Assembly: GCA_001784175.1 (NCBI GenBank)
Contig: MFPR01000041.1
Span: 1-64,000, forward strand
Direction of reading: 5' to 3'
DNA: 64,000 nt
Source: Candidatus Lindowbacteria bacterium RIFCSPLOWO2_12_FULL_62_27
Lineage (GTDB): Bacteria > Lindowbacteria > 2-12-FULL-62-27
Below are positions 18,119 through 27,602 of this stretch, piece after piece; position 1 is the stretch's first letter; every line of letters starts with the position of its first letter. Made by a program: the position numbers and the translations under genes. The notes under the pieces are model-generated. The model saw nothing but the letters and a program-made list of their open reading frames with translations, was not told the origin of the DNA and ran no database searches.

Positions 18119-19640
18119 GTGATTCCACCTGCGCGCAGGCAGTTTCCAGAGATTCCTCGGCTGCCTCGACAGGTTCGATGCCGCGTTTTTTGGCGTGTTT
18201 GGCCCACAGAGCGTCGAGGAGGCGCCGGACGGACCGAGGGGGTTGGTACGTCAGGAGGTGCCATCCGGCGGACAGAATCGCGATCGCGAGGATGGCGGTG
18301 ACCGCCGGGAGGATGAATTCGACCGGCAGGAAGAAGTCCGGGTCGAGGGCGACGATCAGAAGGGCCAGCGCGGTGAAGCCTGCGTACAGCAGGCCCCGCC
18401 AAAAATGCCCGGGGGAGGACGGCCGCAGCGCCGCCAGGCGGCTCAATGCCAGATCGACGCGGACGTCGCGTTCGACGGCGCGGATCTGTTTGAGGCGATC
18501 CGCCGCTTTGTCACAGGCCTCCGTCCAGTTTCGGACGAGGGCGTCGAACTCCTGTCCCGAGGAGAACCACGAGCCCTGGGTTGAGAGAATGCTTCCGACG
18601 GCTGCCATTTCCATCACCATTTTCTGGAGCGTTTCCAGATGGCCGGGCCGGCCGGCGGCCGGGAGTGAATCCTTGACTTTTCCGGCGCATTCATACGAAG
18701 CAATGCTCAACGCTCGTGAGACGCCGCCGGCCAGACGGTCCCGGCATTCACTCGAAAGCCGCGCGGCTTCCTGAAGACAGGCCCTCGCCGTCACCGTCCG
18801 GTTCCGGTCTTGGTGGTCCAGCGGCCGGTCCCATCGGACGGCGATGGGAAGCAGCGCGAGCGGCAGGTCCATTTCCGTGCACTGCGTTCTCAGGCAGGCG
18901 ACTCCCTTCAAGTACCACGCCTCGGCGTTGCGGCTGTCCAGGTTGAGAATCCGGTCGCACTTATCGATCGCGGCCGCCGGATCATTCCCGCGGAGGTCCA
19001 CCCGGGCGCGGTTCAGAAGCGAGGCGGCCAGAAGCGCGGCGTCCTGCGGATCGGACGAGAGGGCCGTGTCCGGCAAATTGATTTCGAGCGGATACGAAGC
19101 CGCGATTTGCTCGAGTGTCTGCCTGAGGGTTTTCACGCAGTGAACCTTGATGCGCGCCATGTGGATCTCCGATTCGCCGCCGTCGCCCGGGATGACCAGC
19201 TCGGAAAACGCGCCGGCCGACGGCGCGTTCAGGAATTGGAGCTTCAGTTTCATGCCGTCGCGGTCAATCGGCAGCACCCGCCCGTCCTGGGCGAGATCGC
19301 CGGTGCAAAGGACGTGGCCGAGCGGAATCTGGCAATAATAGGACGCCATGGCCAGCGCGGCCGCCAGCGTCAGCGACCGGCCTTCAATGTAGACGTTCGA
19401 TTTTGTCGTGACGCGTTGCCAATCGATAGCGTAGAAACCGCTGCGGGTGGGCAGGGGGGTTTGGAGGACCGCGGCCAGCGCGGCCCGGGCGTCATTGAAG
19501 GCGGCCATGCACGAGTCGCTCCAGGCCGTGGTTTCTCTCGCGCCCGGATCGAAACGCAGGTAAATGATATCGCCCTTATGGGTCTCCTCGTTCACCACCA
19601 GGACGCCCAGGATCCCGTGTTGTCCCGCGACTCCGCTCAT
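18099..19640 (-). CDS. Lon-type (S16) Ser-Lys protease domain + TPR + two TM helices; no AAA+ domain
   Basis: IEGRSLTLAAALA (Ser89) ... CTGDL..DGRVLPI...MKLK (Lys131/133) matches Lon dyad spacing. TPR AAAIDKCDRILNLDSRNAEAWYLKGVA. C-terminal hydrophobic hairpin. Shine-Dalgarno GAGGAGG upstream. Confidence 0.72.
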   Translation of the reverse strand: MSGVAGQHGILGVLVVNEETHKGDIIYLRFDPGARETTAWSDSCMAAFNDARAALAAVLQTPLPTRSGFYAIDWQRVTTKSNVYIEGRSLTLAAALAMASYYCQIPLGHVLCTGDLAQDGRVLPIDRDGMKLKLQFLNAPSAGAFSELVIPGDGGESEIHMARIKVHCVKTLRQTLEQIAASYPLEINLPDTALSSDPQDAALLAASLLNRARVDLRGNDPAAAIDKCDRILNLDSRNAEAWYLKGVACLRTQCTEMDLPLALLPIAVRWDRPLDHQDRNRTVTARACLQEAARLSSECRDRLAGGVSRALSIASYECAGKVKDSLPAAGRPGHLETLQKMVMEMAAVGSILSTQGSWFSSGQEFDALVRNWTEACDKAADRLKQIRAVERDVRVDLALSRLAALRPSSPGHFWRGLLYAGFTALALLIVALDPDFFLPVEFILPAVTAILAIAILSAGWHLLTYQPPRSVRRLLDALWAKHAKKRGIEPVEAAEESLETACAQVESLAARLR

Positions 19641-20784
19641 GGGCCCACCTCCTCAAAGACGGTGTGCCGAACCGGTCAATGGCACTGCGTATATTGTCCC
19701 AAGCCGGATGGTCGCTGTCGAGCCGCACGACATGTTTGAATTCCTCTTCAAGAATGACTCTGAGGATCGGGTCCCGTTCCACCGAAATCGCATTGAGGAG
19801 TTCCCCGACGCCGACGCCGGCGCGGTCGAACTGGTCGGCCATGTCGCAAAAGGCGTCGATCTCGGCCGTCGATGCAGTCCCGGGCACCGGATAAAAATCG
19901 ACTGCGACGCGGCGGGCGCCCCTCTCGAAGATGCCCTGAAATTGATGCGCGTTCTGGATGTCTGTTTCAAAGCGCCAGAGGAGAATACTCCCGTGTTGCG
20001 TCGCCTCGGCGGGGATTACATGAGACCGATCGTCATAAAACACAGCTCGCACCGGCTCCTCTTCCGACCAGGCGCCGATCGCCAGAGACCCGTCCAGATA
20101 TTCAATGGTGGCGATCCTCAATCCCTTGTCGACTTCCATCGCCCGATATCCCGCAATCCGCCCGGCCGACGTGTCCAGGGTTTTTGCGGCAAGAATCAGC
20201 ATCTGGGGATCCGCCGTCGAAGACCGGCGGACGGGCGCAACCGGAAAGGCGATCCCCTTGTCCTCGAGGTGAACCCGAATGAGATTACGGTCGTCGGCCC
20301 GGCGCACCCGGCGCTCGTCGTTCTCCTTCAACATCGACGGCCCGATCCGGTGGGGAGGCACGCGGCCGGCGTAGACGGCCTCACGGCCCTGCCGATCGAG
20401 ACACACGATCTCGTCCATCAACGCGCCGGACAATTCGAAAACGAAAACCCCCAGCCGCGTCCGGCTCAGGGAGAATTTTGCCCACAGTTGAACGGCGAAA
20501 TCCGCGCCGAGTCCTGTTTCCGCCGCGCCGACGCAGAAATCATCCGAGGCGGCGGCGGAGAGATCAAATGAAAGCGGCGCCGCGACCGCATCGACGCCCG
20601 CATCGTTGCCGCCACGCGTCTCCAGCAGGATCACATGAAGGGGCGGCAGGTCAAAGACCAGGTGCGCGGGCTTTTGAAGGCGCCAAATCTGCCCGGCGGC
20701 CGGCTGCGGTTGGAAAGGCGATGGAGCATTCGCCGGGCGTTGGCCGCGGATTCGATTGAACCAATCATGATGGATGCCGGTCAT
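19576..20784 (-). CDS. Hypothetical protein with N-terminal GQIWRL motif (PemK/MazF-like fold suspected); candidate anti-sigma factor or protease target
   Basis: Strong Shine-Dalgarno (AAGAGGAGG) 19 bp after the sigma gene. AGQIWRL...VILLE...VAAPLS pattern. Function inferred only from context. Confidence 0.55.
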   Translation of the reverse strand: MTGIHHDWFNRIRGQRPANAPSPFQPQPAAGQIWRLQKPAHLVFDLPPLHVILLETRGGNDAGVDAVAAPLSFDLSAAASDDFCVGAAETGLGADFAVQLWAKFSLSRTRLGVFVFELSGALMDEIVCLDRQGREAVYAGRVPPHRIGPSMLKENDERRVRRADDRNLIRVHLEDKGIAFPVAPVRRSSTADPQMLILAAKTLDTSAGRIAGYRAMEVDKGLRIATIEYLDGSLAIGAWSEEEPVRAVFYDDRSHVIPAEATQHGSILLWRFETDIQNAHQFQGIFERGARRVAVDFYPVPGTASTAEIDAFCDMADQFDRAGVGVGELLNAISVERDPILRVILEEEFKHVVRLDSDHPAWDNIRSAIDRFGTPSLRRWAHERSRGTTRDPGRPGGERGDP

Positions 20785-20802
20785 GGCCGCCTCCTCTTTT
20801 TT

Positions 20803-21810
20803 CTACCTATTAGTTTCAAACGGATACTTCCCGGTGTTTTCCAATTCCACCGTGCAAATTCGGGCGAGGCGGCCGATGACCTGCTCGATCTCCCCAAGGG
20901 AGGAATTCGGCGGATGGGCGGCCCGGACGCTGATCGCGATGTGGGTCAGAACGTTCTGGGCGGATGTCGGCGATGACCATCCGGCTCGCCTTGCGATTTC
21001 GGCCAATCCAACGCCGGCGGATCGGAGGGCGAGGACCGCCCTTTCCGTCGGGGTCAGATTCTTTGCGATCTGCTCGGCCATGAGTTTTGATTCGACGTCC
21101 ATGTCCGGCAAAGCGGCCGGGTCCGTTTCCGGACTCCGCCCTCCCTCCGCGCCGGGGGCGTCGGCGCTCACGATCTTCAGGCGCGCCAGGGGCATGCACC
21201 ATTTTAGAATATGAATGACATCCCGGACGGCGAGATGGAGCGGCCCGAACGTGAGGAAGAGGTCCGACAGCCAGACCGTCAGGTCCCGCCGGTCGGGAAG
21301 GTATTCGCCGCGCCTGAGAGGGGACCGGGAGGCCGTTTCGAGCGAAATTTCTTCGAGGCGCAGATCGCCCGGATGTTCCGGCGGCGTCTCCCGCCATTTC
21401 TCATGCGTGAACATATCCGCCGCGCCCGAGCCGGCGGGCCCGCGCGCGGATCGGACGAACGGCGCGTCCGAAAGGATCTTCACCAGAATCTTGAACAATT
21501 TGTATTCCTCCTCCGACCGGCGCCGATCGATCAGAATCTGGTGGACGACGGTCTTCAGAAGGCTGACGAGCAGCCGCCCGGGCGAAGGGCTGCCGGCGAT
21601 TTCGACGTGTCCGCGCGTAAAGACCCGCTCGAGCGCCTCGGCGGTGAGATCTTCAAACTCGATCCCCTGGTAATACTCTGTCGGATATTTCCGCATGACC
21701 AATCCGCGAACGCGCTCCTGGACGATTTCCCAGAAACGCCGTTCTTCTTCCGGGGTTGCTTTTCCCTGGAAACAGCGCTCAAAGAGGGAGTCCAACGGTC
21801 CGGTCTCCAT
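20803..21810 (-). CDS. Divergent ECF-like sigma70 factor with long insertion between regions 2 and 4
   Basis: Region-2-like RFWEIVQERVRGLV...FEDLTAEALERV...LKTVVHQILIDRRR. Region-4 HTH LTPTERAVLALRSAGVGLAEIARRAGWSSPTSAQN. Start placed at ATG 21810. Confidence 0.7.
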   Translation of the reverse strand: METGPLDSLFERCFQGKATPEEERRFWEIVQERVRGLVMRKYPTEYYQGIEFEDLTAEALERVFTRGHVEIAGSPSPGRLLVSLLKTVVHQILIDRRRSEEEYKLFKILVKILSDAPFVRSARGPAGSGAADMFTHEKWRETPPEHPGDLRLEEISLETASRSPLRRGEYLPDRRDLTVWLSDLFLTFGPLHLAVRDVIHILKWCMPLARLKIVSADAPGAEGGRSPETDPAALPDMDVESKLMAEQIAKNLTPTERAVLALRSAGVGLAEIARRAGWSSPTSAQNVLTHIAISVRAAHPPNSSLGEIEQVIGRLARICTVELENTGKYPFETNR

Positions 21811-21816
21811 GCGAGC

Positions 21817-21846
21817 ACGGTAACTGGCGGAACGAGGCTTTCGCAA
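21817..21846 (-). promoter_or_regulatory. Putative sigma70 promoter TTGCGA-N18-TACCGT, ending 6 nt before the sigma-factor ATG
   Basis: TAnnnT -10 at the same distance from the ATG as in other genes in this window. Confidence 0.45.
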
Positions 21847-21985
21847 TCCCAAGTCATTTCAGCCGCTTGGAGGAATTCGACGGCCGGCGGACTGCAAAAT
21901 GCGGCCAACCCTGCGTTCAAGTTGGGTGAAGGGGCCGTAGTGAGGCCGAAGTTCTTTGGCAATGGAATTAAAGGAGGCAGGGGCG

Positions 21986-22171
21986 GTGAAAACACGCGGG
22001 TTGAACGCATGCCGGGGGCAGGGAATGGTGGAGTATCTGCTGGTTCTCGCGGTAGTGATCGGAACCACCGTCGCAGCCATGAGCGCCATCTCCGAATCGG
22101 CTTCCACGGTCATCCGCGCGCTGGTCACCCACATTCAACAGGTGACCGGCGTCGAAGCCCCGGCGAATTAG
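21986..22171 (+). CDS. flp: Flp family type IVb pilin 1
   Basis: RGQGMVEYLLVLAVVIG (G|xxxxEY prepilin motif). AAGGAGG Shine-Dalgarno before GTG 21986. Confidence 0.85.
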   Translation: MKTRGLNACRGQGMVEYLLVLAVVIGTTVAAMSAISESASTVIRALVTHIQQVTGVEAPAN

Positions 22172-22207
22172 ACGGCCCGAGGCGCCTGTGGAAAGGAGGA
22201 CTGTGGA

Positions 22208-22390
22208 ATGAACGCGAACAAGCAGATTTTGGAGAAAGGCCAGGGATTGGTGGAGTACCTGCTGATCGTCGCGGTGGTGGTGGCCCTCGTGGTCGCCGCC
22301 GGCAAGGTGTACTTCGACTCGACGAGCGGCGCGACGACCACCATCACGGGAAAAATCAGCAGCTCGGCGGCGAATCCGGTCGGCCCTTGA
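22208..22390 (+). CDS. flp: Flp family type IVb pilin 2
   Basis: KGQGLVEYLLIVAVVVALVV; AAAGGAGG Shine-Dalgarno. Confidence 0.88.
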   Translation: MNANKQILEKGQGLVEYLLIVAVVVALVVAAGKVYFDSTSGATTTITGKISSSAANPVGP

Positions 22391-22477
22391 CGGCCGGCGG
22401 ACGGATGGATCCGGGTTCGGCATTCGCGCGGGATCGCGAATGCCGGACCCGGGGTTCTTTCACAACAGAAGATTGAA

Positions 22478-22933
22478 ATGGATGTGATTCACATGATGAT
22501 TCGAAACACAATTCCATCTTCTCGCCGCCCTCCGCAGCAGGGCCAGGCATTGGCGGAGACCATGCTGATGGTGCCGTTCTTCATCCTCCTCATGATGCTC
22601 CTGGCCGAATTCGGCGTCTACTTCTACAGGAGCAATCTTCTGGAGGACACGGCCCAGCAGGTGGCCCGGATGGCGGCCCGGAACGCGACGCTGTCCGATA
22701 TCCAGAATTATTCGAATGAAAAATTGTATACCCTGCAGCCGCAACTGGCGGTCCTGAACGCGCTGAATGAGCCCGTCGATGCGTGGTCGTCCGACCAGAC
22801 GCTTCAAATCAAACTCACCGCGACGGTCCAGCCGGTCATGCCGATCTCGGCATTGAACATATTTTCGCCCGGGACCGATTTCTTTCCGGCGGCGTTTACG
22901 CTCGAATCCAAGAAACAGGTTTACGTGGAGTGA
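22478..22933 (+). CDS. tadE: TadE-family pseudopilin
   Basis: QQGQALAETMLMVPFFILLM...EFG.YFY...L..TA...ARMAA. Start may be a few codons downstream. Confidence 0.85.
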   Translation: MDVIHMMIRNTIPSSRRPPQQGQALAETMLMVPFFILLMMLLAEFGVYFYRSNLLEDTAQQVARMAARNATLSDIQNYSNEKLYTLQPQLAVLNALNEPVDAWSSDQTLQIKLTATVQPVMPISALNIFSPGTDFFPAAFTLESKKQVYVE

Positions 22934-22938
22934 GGGGC

Positions 22939-23817
22939 ATGCGGCGCCATTACAAGCCGAACGGTGCGCAGGGCAGCATGCTGCTTTCATTTCTCCTGAG
23001 TATGGGCGCCGTCACTGTCGTCTTCGGGTCCATCATCGAGTCCTCGCTCCTCCTGCACGCCCGAACCCGCATGTTCAATGACGCGCAAAACGCGGTCGTG
23101 GCGGCCGCCGATCTCTATTTTTCCGGAGTCGAGGATCCGGAAACACTCCAGGCGGCGGTCCGGGATCAGTATTGCGTGACGACGTTTCTGGATGCCGGCG
23201 CGACCCGCCTCGATTTCAGCCGGATCGCCGACCACCTCCTGATCCTCCACTCGGCAAAACCGGTCCCCTTTCTGTTCCTGCCGGATAGGGTGGTTCTGAA
23301 CGTTTCCATGGCGGCGGTGATTCCCCAGGTCGTCTATGGCCTGAGCGGCCTCGTGCCCTTCGCGGTCGTGGCGCCGGAGGGTGGGTTCGTGTACGGCGAG
23401 CTCTACACGCTCAAATTCGGCGGAGGTGACGGCCAAACCGGAAATTATGGCGCCCTCGCGCTGGATGGCAGTGGCGCCTCGAACTATCTCGATAAATTGG
23501 AGTTCGGGTATGACCAGGTCGTCCGCGTCGGGGACGTCCTGACCACGGAACCGGGAAACATGAAAGGCCCGACGGATGAGGGGATTTCCTATCGCCTGGA
23601 TCAGGGGAACGACGTCATCTTCGTGGTCGTGACAGATCAGCTTCCCAACGGCCGGGGCGAGATCGTCGTCCGGGGATTCGCGGCATTTCGCGTCCAGTCG
23701 GCCACCGCCCGGGGCGACGTGACCGGAGACTTCATCGAGTACCGGACCTCCGGGGAGGCCGGGCCGGGCGCGAACGATTACGGGCTCTACACGCGGTCCC
23801 GACTGGTGTTCTTTTAG
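22939..23817 (+). CDS. tadG: TadG-like pilus assembly protein
   Basis: QGSMLL + TM + ...RTRMFNDAQNAVVAAA; C-terminal GNYGALALDGSGA...TEPGNM.GP domain typical of Tad-associated proteins. Confidence 0.7.
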   Translation: MRRHYKPNGAQGSMLLSFLLSMGAVTVVFGSIIESSLLLHARTRMFNDAQNAVVAAADLYFSGVEDPETLQAAVRDQYCVTTFLDAGATRLDFSRIADHLLILHSAKPVPFLFLPDRVVLNVSMAAVIPQVVYGLSGLVPFAVVAPEGGFVYGELYTLKFGGGDGQTGNYGALALDGSGASNYLDKLEFGYDQVVRVGDVLTTEPGNMKGPTDEGISYRLDQGNDVIFVVVTDQLPNGRGEIVVRGFAAFRVQSATARGDVTGDFIEYRTSGEAGPGANDYGLYTRSRLVFF

Positions 23818-23818
23818 C

Positions 23819-25045
23819 ATGACCGCGCTCCTCTTCCTCCTGGCGTGGGCCGCCGCCGGATACGGCGAGATGTCCCAGATCAAAGTCGCCGTCGGGGAAT
23901 TCAAGACGGTCACCGCGGCCGACCGGATCGTCCGGATCGCCGTCGCGGCGCCGGACATCGCCGACTACACCGTCATCTCCAAGCGGGAGGTGCTGATCAA
24001 CGGCAAGTCGATCGGGCGGACCAGCATGAAAGTCTGGACGCCCGACGACCAGGTCACGTATCTCGTCGATGTCATCGATCTCAAGCAGGCCAGGCTGGAA
24101 AGCGTGATCGACAACCCGTCGCTGGTCGAAAAAATTCGAAAGGTCATCGGCCATCCGGACGTCCAGGTGACCAGCGCCGGCCGCGGCGTCATTTTGAGCG
24201 GAAGCGTCGGGACGGAGGCAGAGAAGCAGAGTACGGAGAAAATCCTCCGGGCCTTCCTGCCCGACCCGGACCAGGACGTCACCAACATCCTGGAAGTTCG
24301 AAGGAAACCCCGCCAGGTCCGGATGAAGGTCCGGATCATGGAGATCTCCGAAAACGCGGGCAAATCCCAGGGCATCGACTGGGGTAGTTTCAGAAACTCG
24401 GCGGACCCGACCGTGTTTCGCGACCGGGACCTGCACGATCAGTATTCGCTGACCGGCGCGTTTGCTTCGGGCCTGCCGCCCCGGGTGGCGCTGCCGTTCA
24501 AAAAGAGCCGTGCCTTTTCGATGGTCGATCCCTTCATGATGCAGATCAACTTCCTGATCGACAGCGGCGTCATCCGGATCCTGTCCGAGCCCGAAATCGT
24601 GGCGCTGTCGGGCGCCCGGTCCGACGTTCTGATCGGCGGCCAGGTTCCCGTCCCGCTGATGACATCGACGCAGATTTCCGTCAGTTGGAAGGACTACGGG
24701 ATCAAGATGTCGCTGGAGCCCAATATCGACATCGACAGCCAGGTGACCGCGAAGATCTATACGGAGGTCAGTACCCTCGACTATACCAATGCCGTGACCG
24801 TCTCCGGATTCTCCATTCCGGCCCTGAAGGTCACCCAGGCCACGAGCGAGATCCAGGTGAAACCCGGCCAGACGATCTTCTTAAGCGGTCTCAAACGCGA
24901 AATCAACACCAAATCCGAAAAGGGGTTCCCGGGTCTGTCAGGAATCCCGGTCGTGGGGAATGCCTTCGGGACCCGGAACAAAAAAACGGACAAGGTGGAG
25001 CTGGTCATCAGCGTCACGCCGTATATCGTCGATGAGGTCCCCTGA
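23819..25045 (+). CDS. cpaC: Tad secretin RcpA/CpaC
   Basis: RIAVAAPDIADY.V...EVLINGK..GRT, a BON-like segment, QV.MKVRIME, LSEPEIVALSG....LIGGQVPVP, WKDYGIK, PGLSGIPVVG..F, ELVISVTP. Confidence 0.92.
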   Translation: MTALLFLLAWAAAGYGEMSQIKVAVGEFKTVTAADRIVRIAVAAPDIADYTVISKREVLINGKSIGRTSMKVWTPDDQVTYLVDVIDLKQARLESVIDNPSLVEKIRKVIGHPDVQVTSAGRGVILSGSVGTEAEKQSTEKILRAFLPDPDQDVTNILEVRRKPRQVRMKVRIMEISENAGKSQGIDWGSFRNSADPTVFRDRDLHDQYSLTGAFASGLPPRVALPFKKSRAFSMVDPFMMQINFLIDSGVIRILSEPEIVALSGARSDVLIGGQVPVPLMTSTQISVSWKDYGIKMSLEPNIDIDSQVTAKIYTEVSTLDYTNAVTVSGFSIPALKVTQATSEIQVKPGQTIFLSGLKREINTKSEKGFPGLSGIPVVGNAFGTRNKKTDKVELVISVTPYIVDEVP

Positions 25046-25046
25046 C

Positions 25047-26252
25047 ATGACGGACAAACATACGGTTCTCTTCATCGGGCGCGGTCAGACGTACGACGAC
25101 TTGAAATTGTATCTCCAAAATTTGAAAGAGATCGAACTGCATCACGAGGACGTGGCGGCGGTGGAGGAAATGAAAAACGGCCATTCGGATATCCTGATGA
25201 TCGAATACGCCAAAAACCACGAGAACACGTGCGGCCTTCTCGAGGAACTCTGCGCGCGGTATCCCGACTGCATTCTGCTGCTCATGGCGCCTCAGAAACC
25301 GGGACCGGAGCAATTGATGCAGTACATGAAATGTGGCGTCCGCGACATCGTCACCCCGGACGACAATCTGGAGGCGTTTCTGCAAAAGGCCGTCGCGCTG
25401 ATCCACCGGCGGTCGGAGGCGGGCCGGCCCGGCGCCGGCCGGCTCGGCCGGGTCCTGTGTTTTTTCAGCTCGAAAGGCGGCGTCGGGAAGACGTTTCTGG
25501 CGGTGTCCGCCGGTCGTGTGCTGGGCCAAAGCCCCGAGCGCCGGACCGTTCTGGTGGACTTCGATCTTCAGTTCGGCGACATGGACCTTTACCTGGACGC
25601 GAACAGTCCCAGGACGATCGGAGAATTGTTCGAGGAGGTCCGGAACAACGGCGACCGGCTGTCCGATTTTATTTTGGACAGCCACGTCCATCCGGTCACG
25701 CCCACCTTGCACCTTCTGTCCGCGCCGCTGTCGCCGGAAAAGGCGGAATCTATTCAGAGCGGGTCGGTCGTCCAGTTGATCAAGGCATTGAAGAAACGGT
25801 ATGACTTCGTCGTCCTCGACGCCGGCGGCGTCCTGAACGACATCGCCCTGGCGGCCTTCGACAAGGCGGACCGCATATTTCTCGTGGTCAACGGCGAGAT
25901 CGCGTCCATCAAAAACGCCGGGCAGACCTTTCAACTGCTGAAAAAACTGAATTATGACGAAACCAGGATCGACTTTGTCGTCAATGCGGTTTCGGAAACA
26001 TTTCCGCTGGACGAGGGAACGTTGATGAAGATCCTGACGCGCAAGCCCGTCGCGCGGATCCCGGCGTCGGCGCGCGTCCGGGAGTCGATCAACCAGGGGT
26101 ACAACCTCGTCCTGAAAAAGCCGGAGGACCCGGCCGTCCGGGGCATTCGGGAATTCTGCGGAAAAATCGCCGCGGATTTCAACGTCCGGCTGGATCTCCG
26201 GGACCGGCCGTCCGGATTTTGGGGCCGGCTCTTCAAGGCCGGAGCGGCCTGA
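25047..26252 (+). CDS. cpaE: CpaE/TadZ (receiver-like domain + MinD/ParA ATPase)
   Basis: Deviant Walker A SSKGGVGKT, LVDFDLQFGD, YDFVVLD. Confidence 0.9.
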   Translation: MTDKHTVLFIGRGQTYDDLKLYLQNLKEIELHHEDVAAVEEMKNGHSDILMIEYAKNHENTCGLLEELCARYPDCILLLMAPQKPGPEQLMQYMKCGVRDIVTPDDNLEAFLQKAVALIHRRSEAGRPGAGRLGRVLCFFSSKGGVGKTFLAVSAGRVLGQSPERRTVLVDFDLQFGDMDLYLDANSPRTIGELFEEVRNNGDRLSDFILDSHVHPVTPTLHLLSAPLSPEKAESIQSGSVVQLIKALKKRYDFVVLDAGGVLNDIALAAFDKADRIFLVVNGEIASIKNAGQTFQLLKKLNYDETRIDFVVNAVSETFPLDEGTLMKILTRKPVARIPASARVRESINQGYNLVLKKPEDPAVRGIREFCGKIAADFNVRLDLRDRPSGFWGRLFKAGAA

Positions 26253-26267
26253 GAGGGCGGCGCGACC

Positions 26268-27602
26268 ATGTCCCTGTTGACACGCCTCGATGGGGGGCGC
26301 ACGGTGGCCGAGGAACCCGTTTCCGTATCCCCCCAACCCGAGGATCAATTCAGGACGGATCTGCATCATTGGCTCGTCGACAAATTCAAGAAAGAGCGGC
26401 CGGCGGGTGGGAGGACGAACGATCGCGAATTCATGCGGCGGAAAATCACGGCGGAAATCAAGGCCCATCTCGAACAGCATCGAAAGAATTTCACGCCCGG
26501 ACAGGTCGGCGTTCTGGTCGAGGACATGGTGAACGAAATGGCGGGCTTGAGCATCCTCGAGCCTCTCCTGAACGACGAGGAAATTTCAGAAATCATGGTG
26601 AATGGCCCTGACCGGATCTACGTCGAAAAGAGGGGCAAACTGATGAAAAGCGACTGCCGGTTCCGCGGCGAAGAACACCTCCGGCATGTCATCGACCGGA
26701 TCGTCATGCCGCTGGGCCGGCGCATTGACGAGACCTCGCCCATGGTTGACGCGCGGCTGCCGGACGGCTCCCGCGTGAACGCCGTCATTCCGCCGCTGGC
26801 GCTGAACGGGTCCTCGCTCACCATCCGGAAATTCTCAAAACGGAAACTGGATATCGAGGACTTGATACGTTTCGGCACCCTCAGCGCGAAAATCGCGAAA
26901 TTTCTCAACTACTGCGTGAAAGGCAGACTCAACATCGTGGTGTCCGGCGGCACCGGATCCGGCAAGACGACGACCCTGAACGTTCTTTCCTCCTTCATCC
27001 CGCATGACGAGCGGATCGTCACCATCGAGGACGCAGCGGAATTGAAGCTCCTTCAGGAGCACGTCGTGTCGCTCGAAACCCGCCCGGCCCCCCACGCCGA
27101 GGGCGTGCCGGTGACCATCCGGGACCTGGTGCGAAACGCCCTCCGCATGAGGCCGGACCGCATCGTGATCGGGGAATGCCGCGGCGGCGAGGCCCTCGAC
27201 ATGCTGCAGGCCATGAACACCGGGCATGACGGATCCCTCACCACGGCACACGCCAATTCGCCGCGAGACATGCTGGCCCGGCTTGAGACGATGGTCCTCA
27301 TGGCGGGCATGGATCTGCCGGTGCAGGCCATCCGGGCGCAGATCGCCGGTGCCGTCGACCTGATCATCCAGCAGAGCCGCCTTCGGGACGGGAGCCGAAA
27401 AATCACCCGGGTCACCGAGGTCCAGGGCATGGAAAACGACAAGATCATCCTGCAGGACCTCTTCGAATTTTCGCAGACAGGGGTGGACGGGAGCGGCCGG
27501 GTCCTTGGATCGTTCGAGAGCATGGAACTCATCCCCAAATTCCTCGGGAAAATCGAACGGGAAGGGGTCAAGATTGATTATGACATATTCAAGCGTGAGT
27601 AG
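26268..27602 (+). CDS. cpaF: Tad pilus assembly ATPase TadA/CpaF
   Basis: ISEIMVNGP, PMVDARLPDGSRVNAVIPPLAL, SGGTGSGKTT, LRMRPDRIVIGECRGGEALDMLQAMNTGHDG. Confidence 0.96.
   Translation: MSLLTRLDGGRTVAEEPVSVSPQPEDQFRTDLHHWLVDKFKKERPAGGRTNDREFMRRKITAEIKAHLEQHRKNFTPGQVGVLVEDMVNEMAGLSILEPLLNDEEISEIMVNGPDRIYVEKRGKLMKSDCRFRGEEHLRHVIDRIVMPLGRRIDETSPMVDARLPDGSRVNAVIPPLALNGSSLTIRKFSKRKLDIEDLIRFGTLSAKIAKFLNYCVKGRLNIVVSGGTGSGKTTTLNVLSSFIPHDERIVTIEDAAELKLLQEHVVSLETRPAPHAEGVPVTIRDLVRNALRMRPDRIVIGECRGGEALDMLQAMNTGHDGSLTTAHANSPRDMLARLETMVLMAGMDLPVQAIRAQIAGAVDLIIQQSRLRDGSRKITRVTEVQGMENDKIILQDLFEFSQTGVDGSGRVLGSFESMELIPKFLGKIEREGVKIDYDIFKRE

Noticed and set aside
21829-21856. ECF promoter GGAAC...GTCA for the tad operon
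   Set aside because: Spacing is off from the usual pattern and such short motifs occur by chance; not supportable without alignments.
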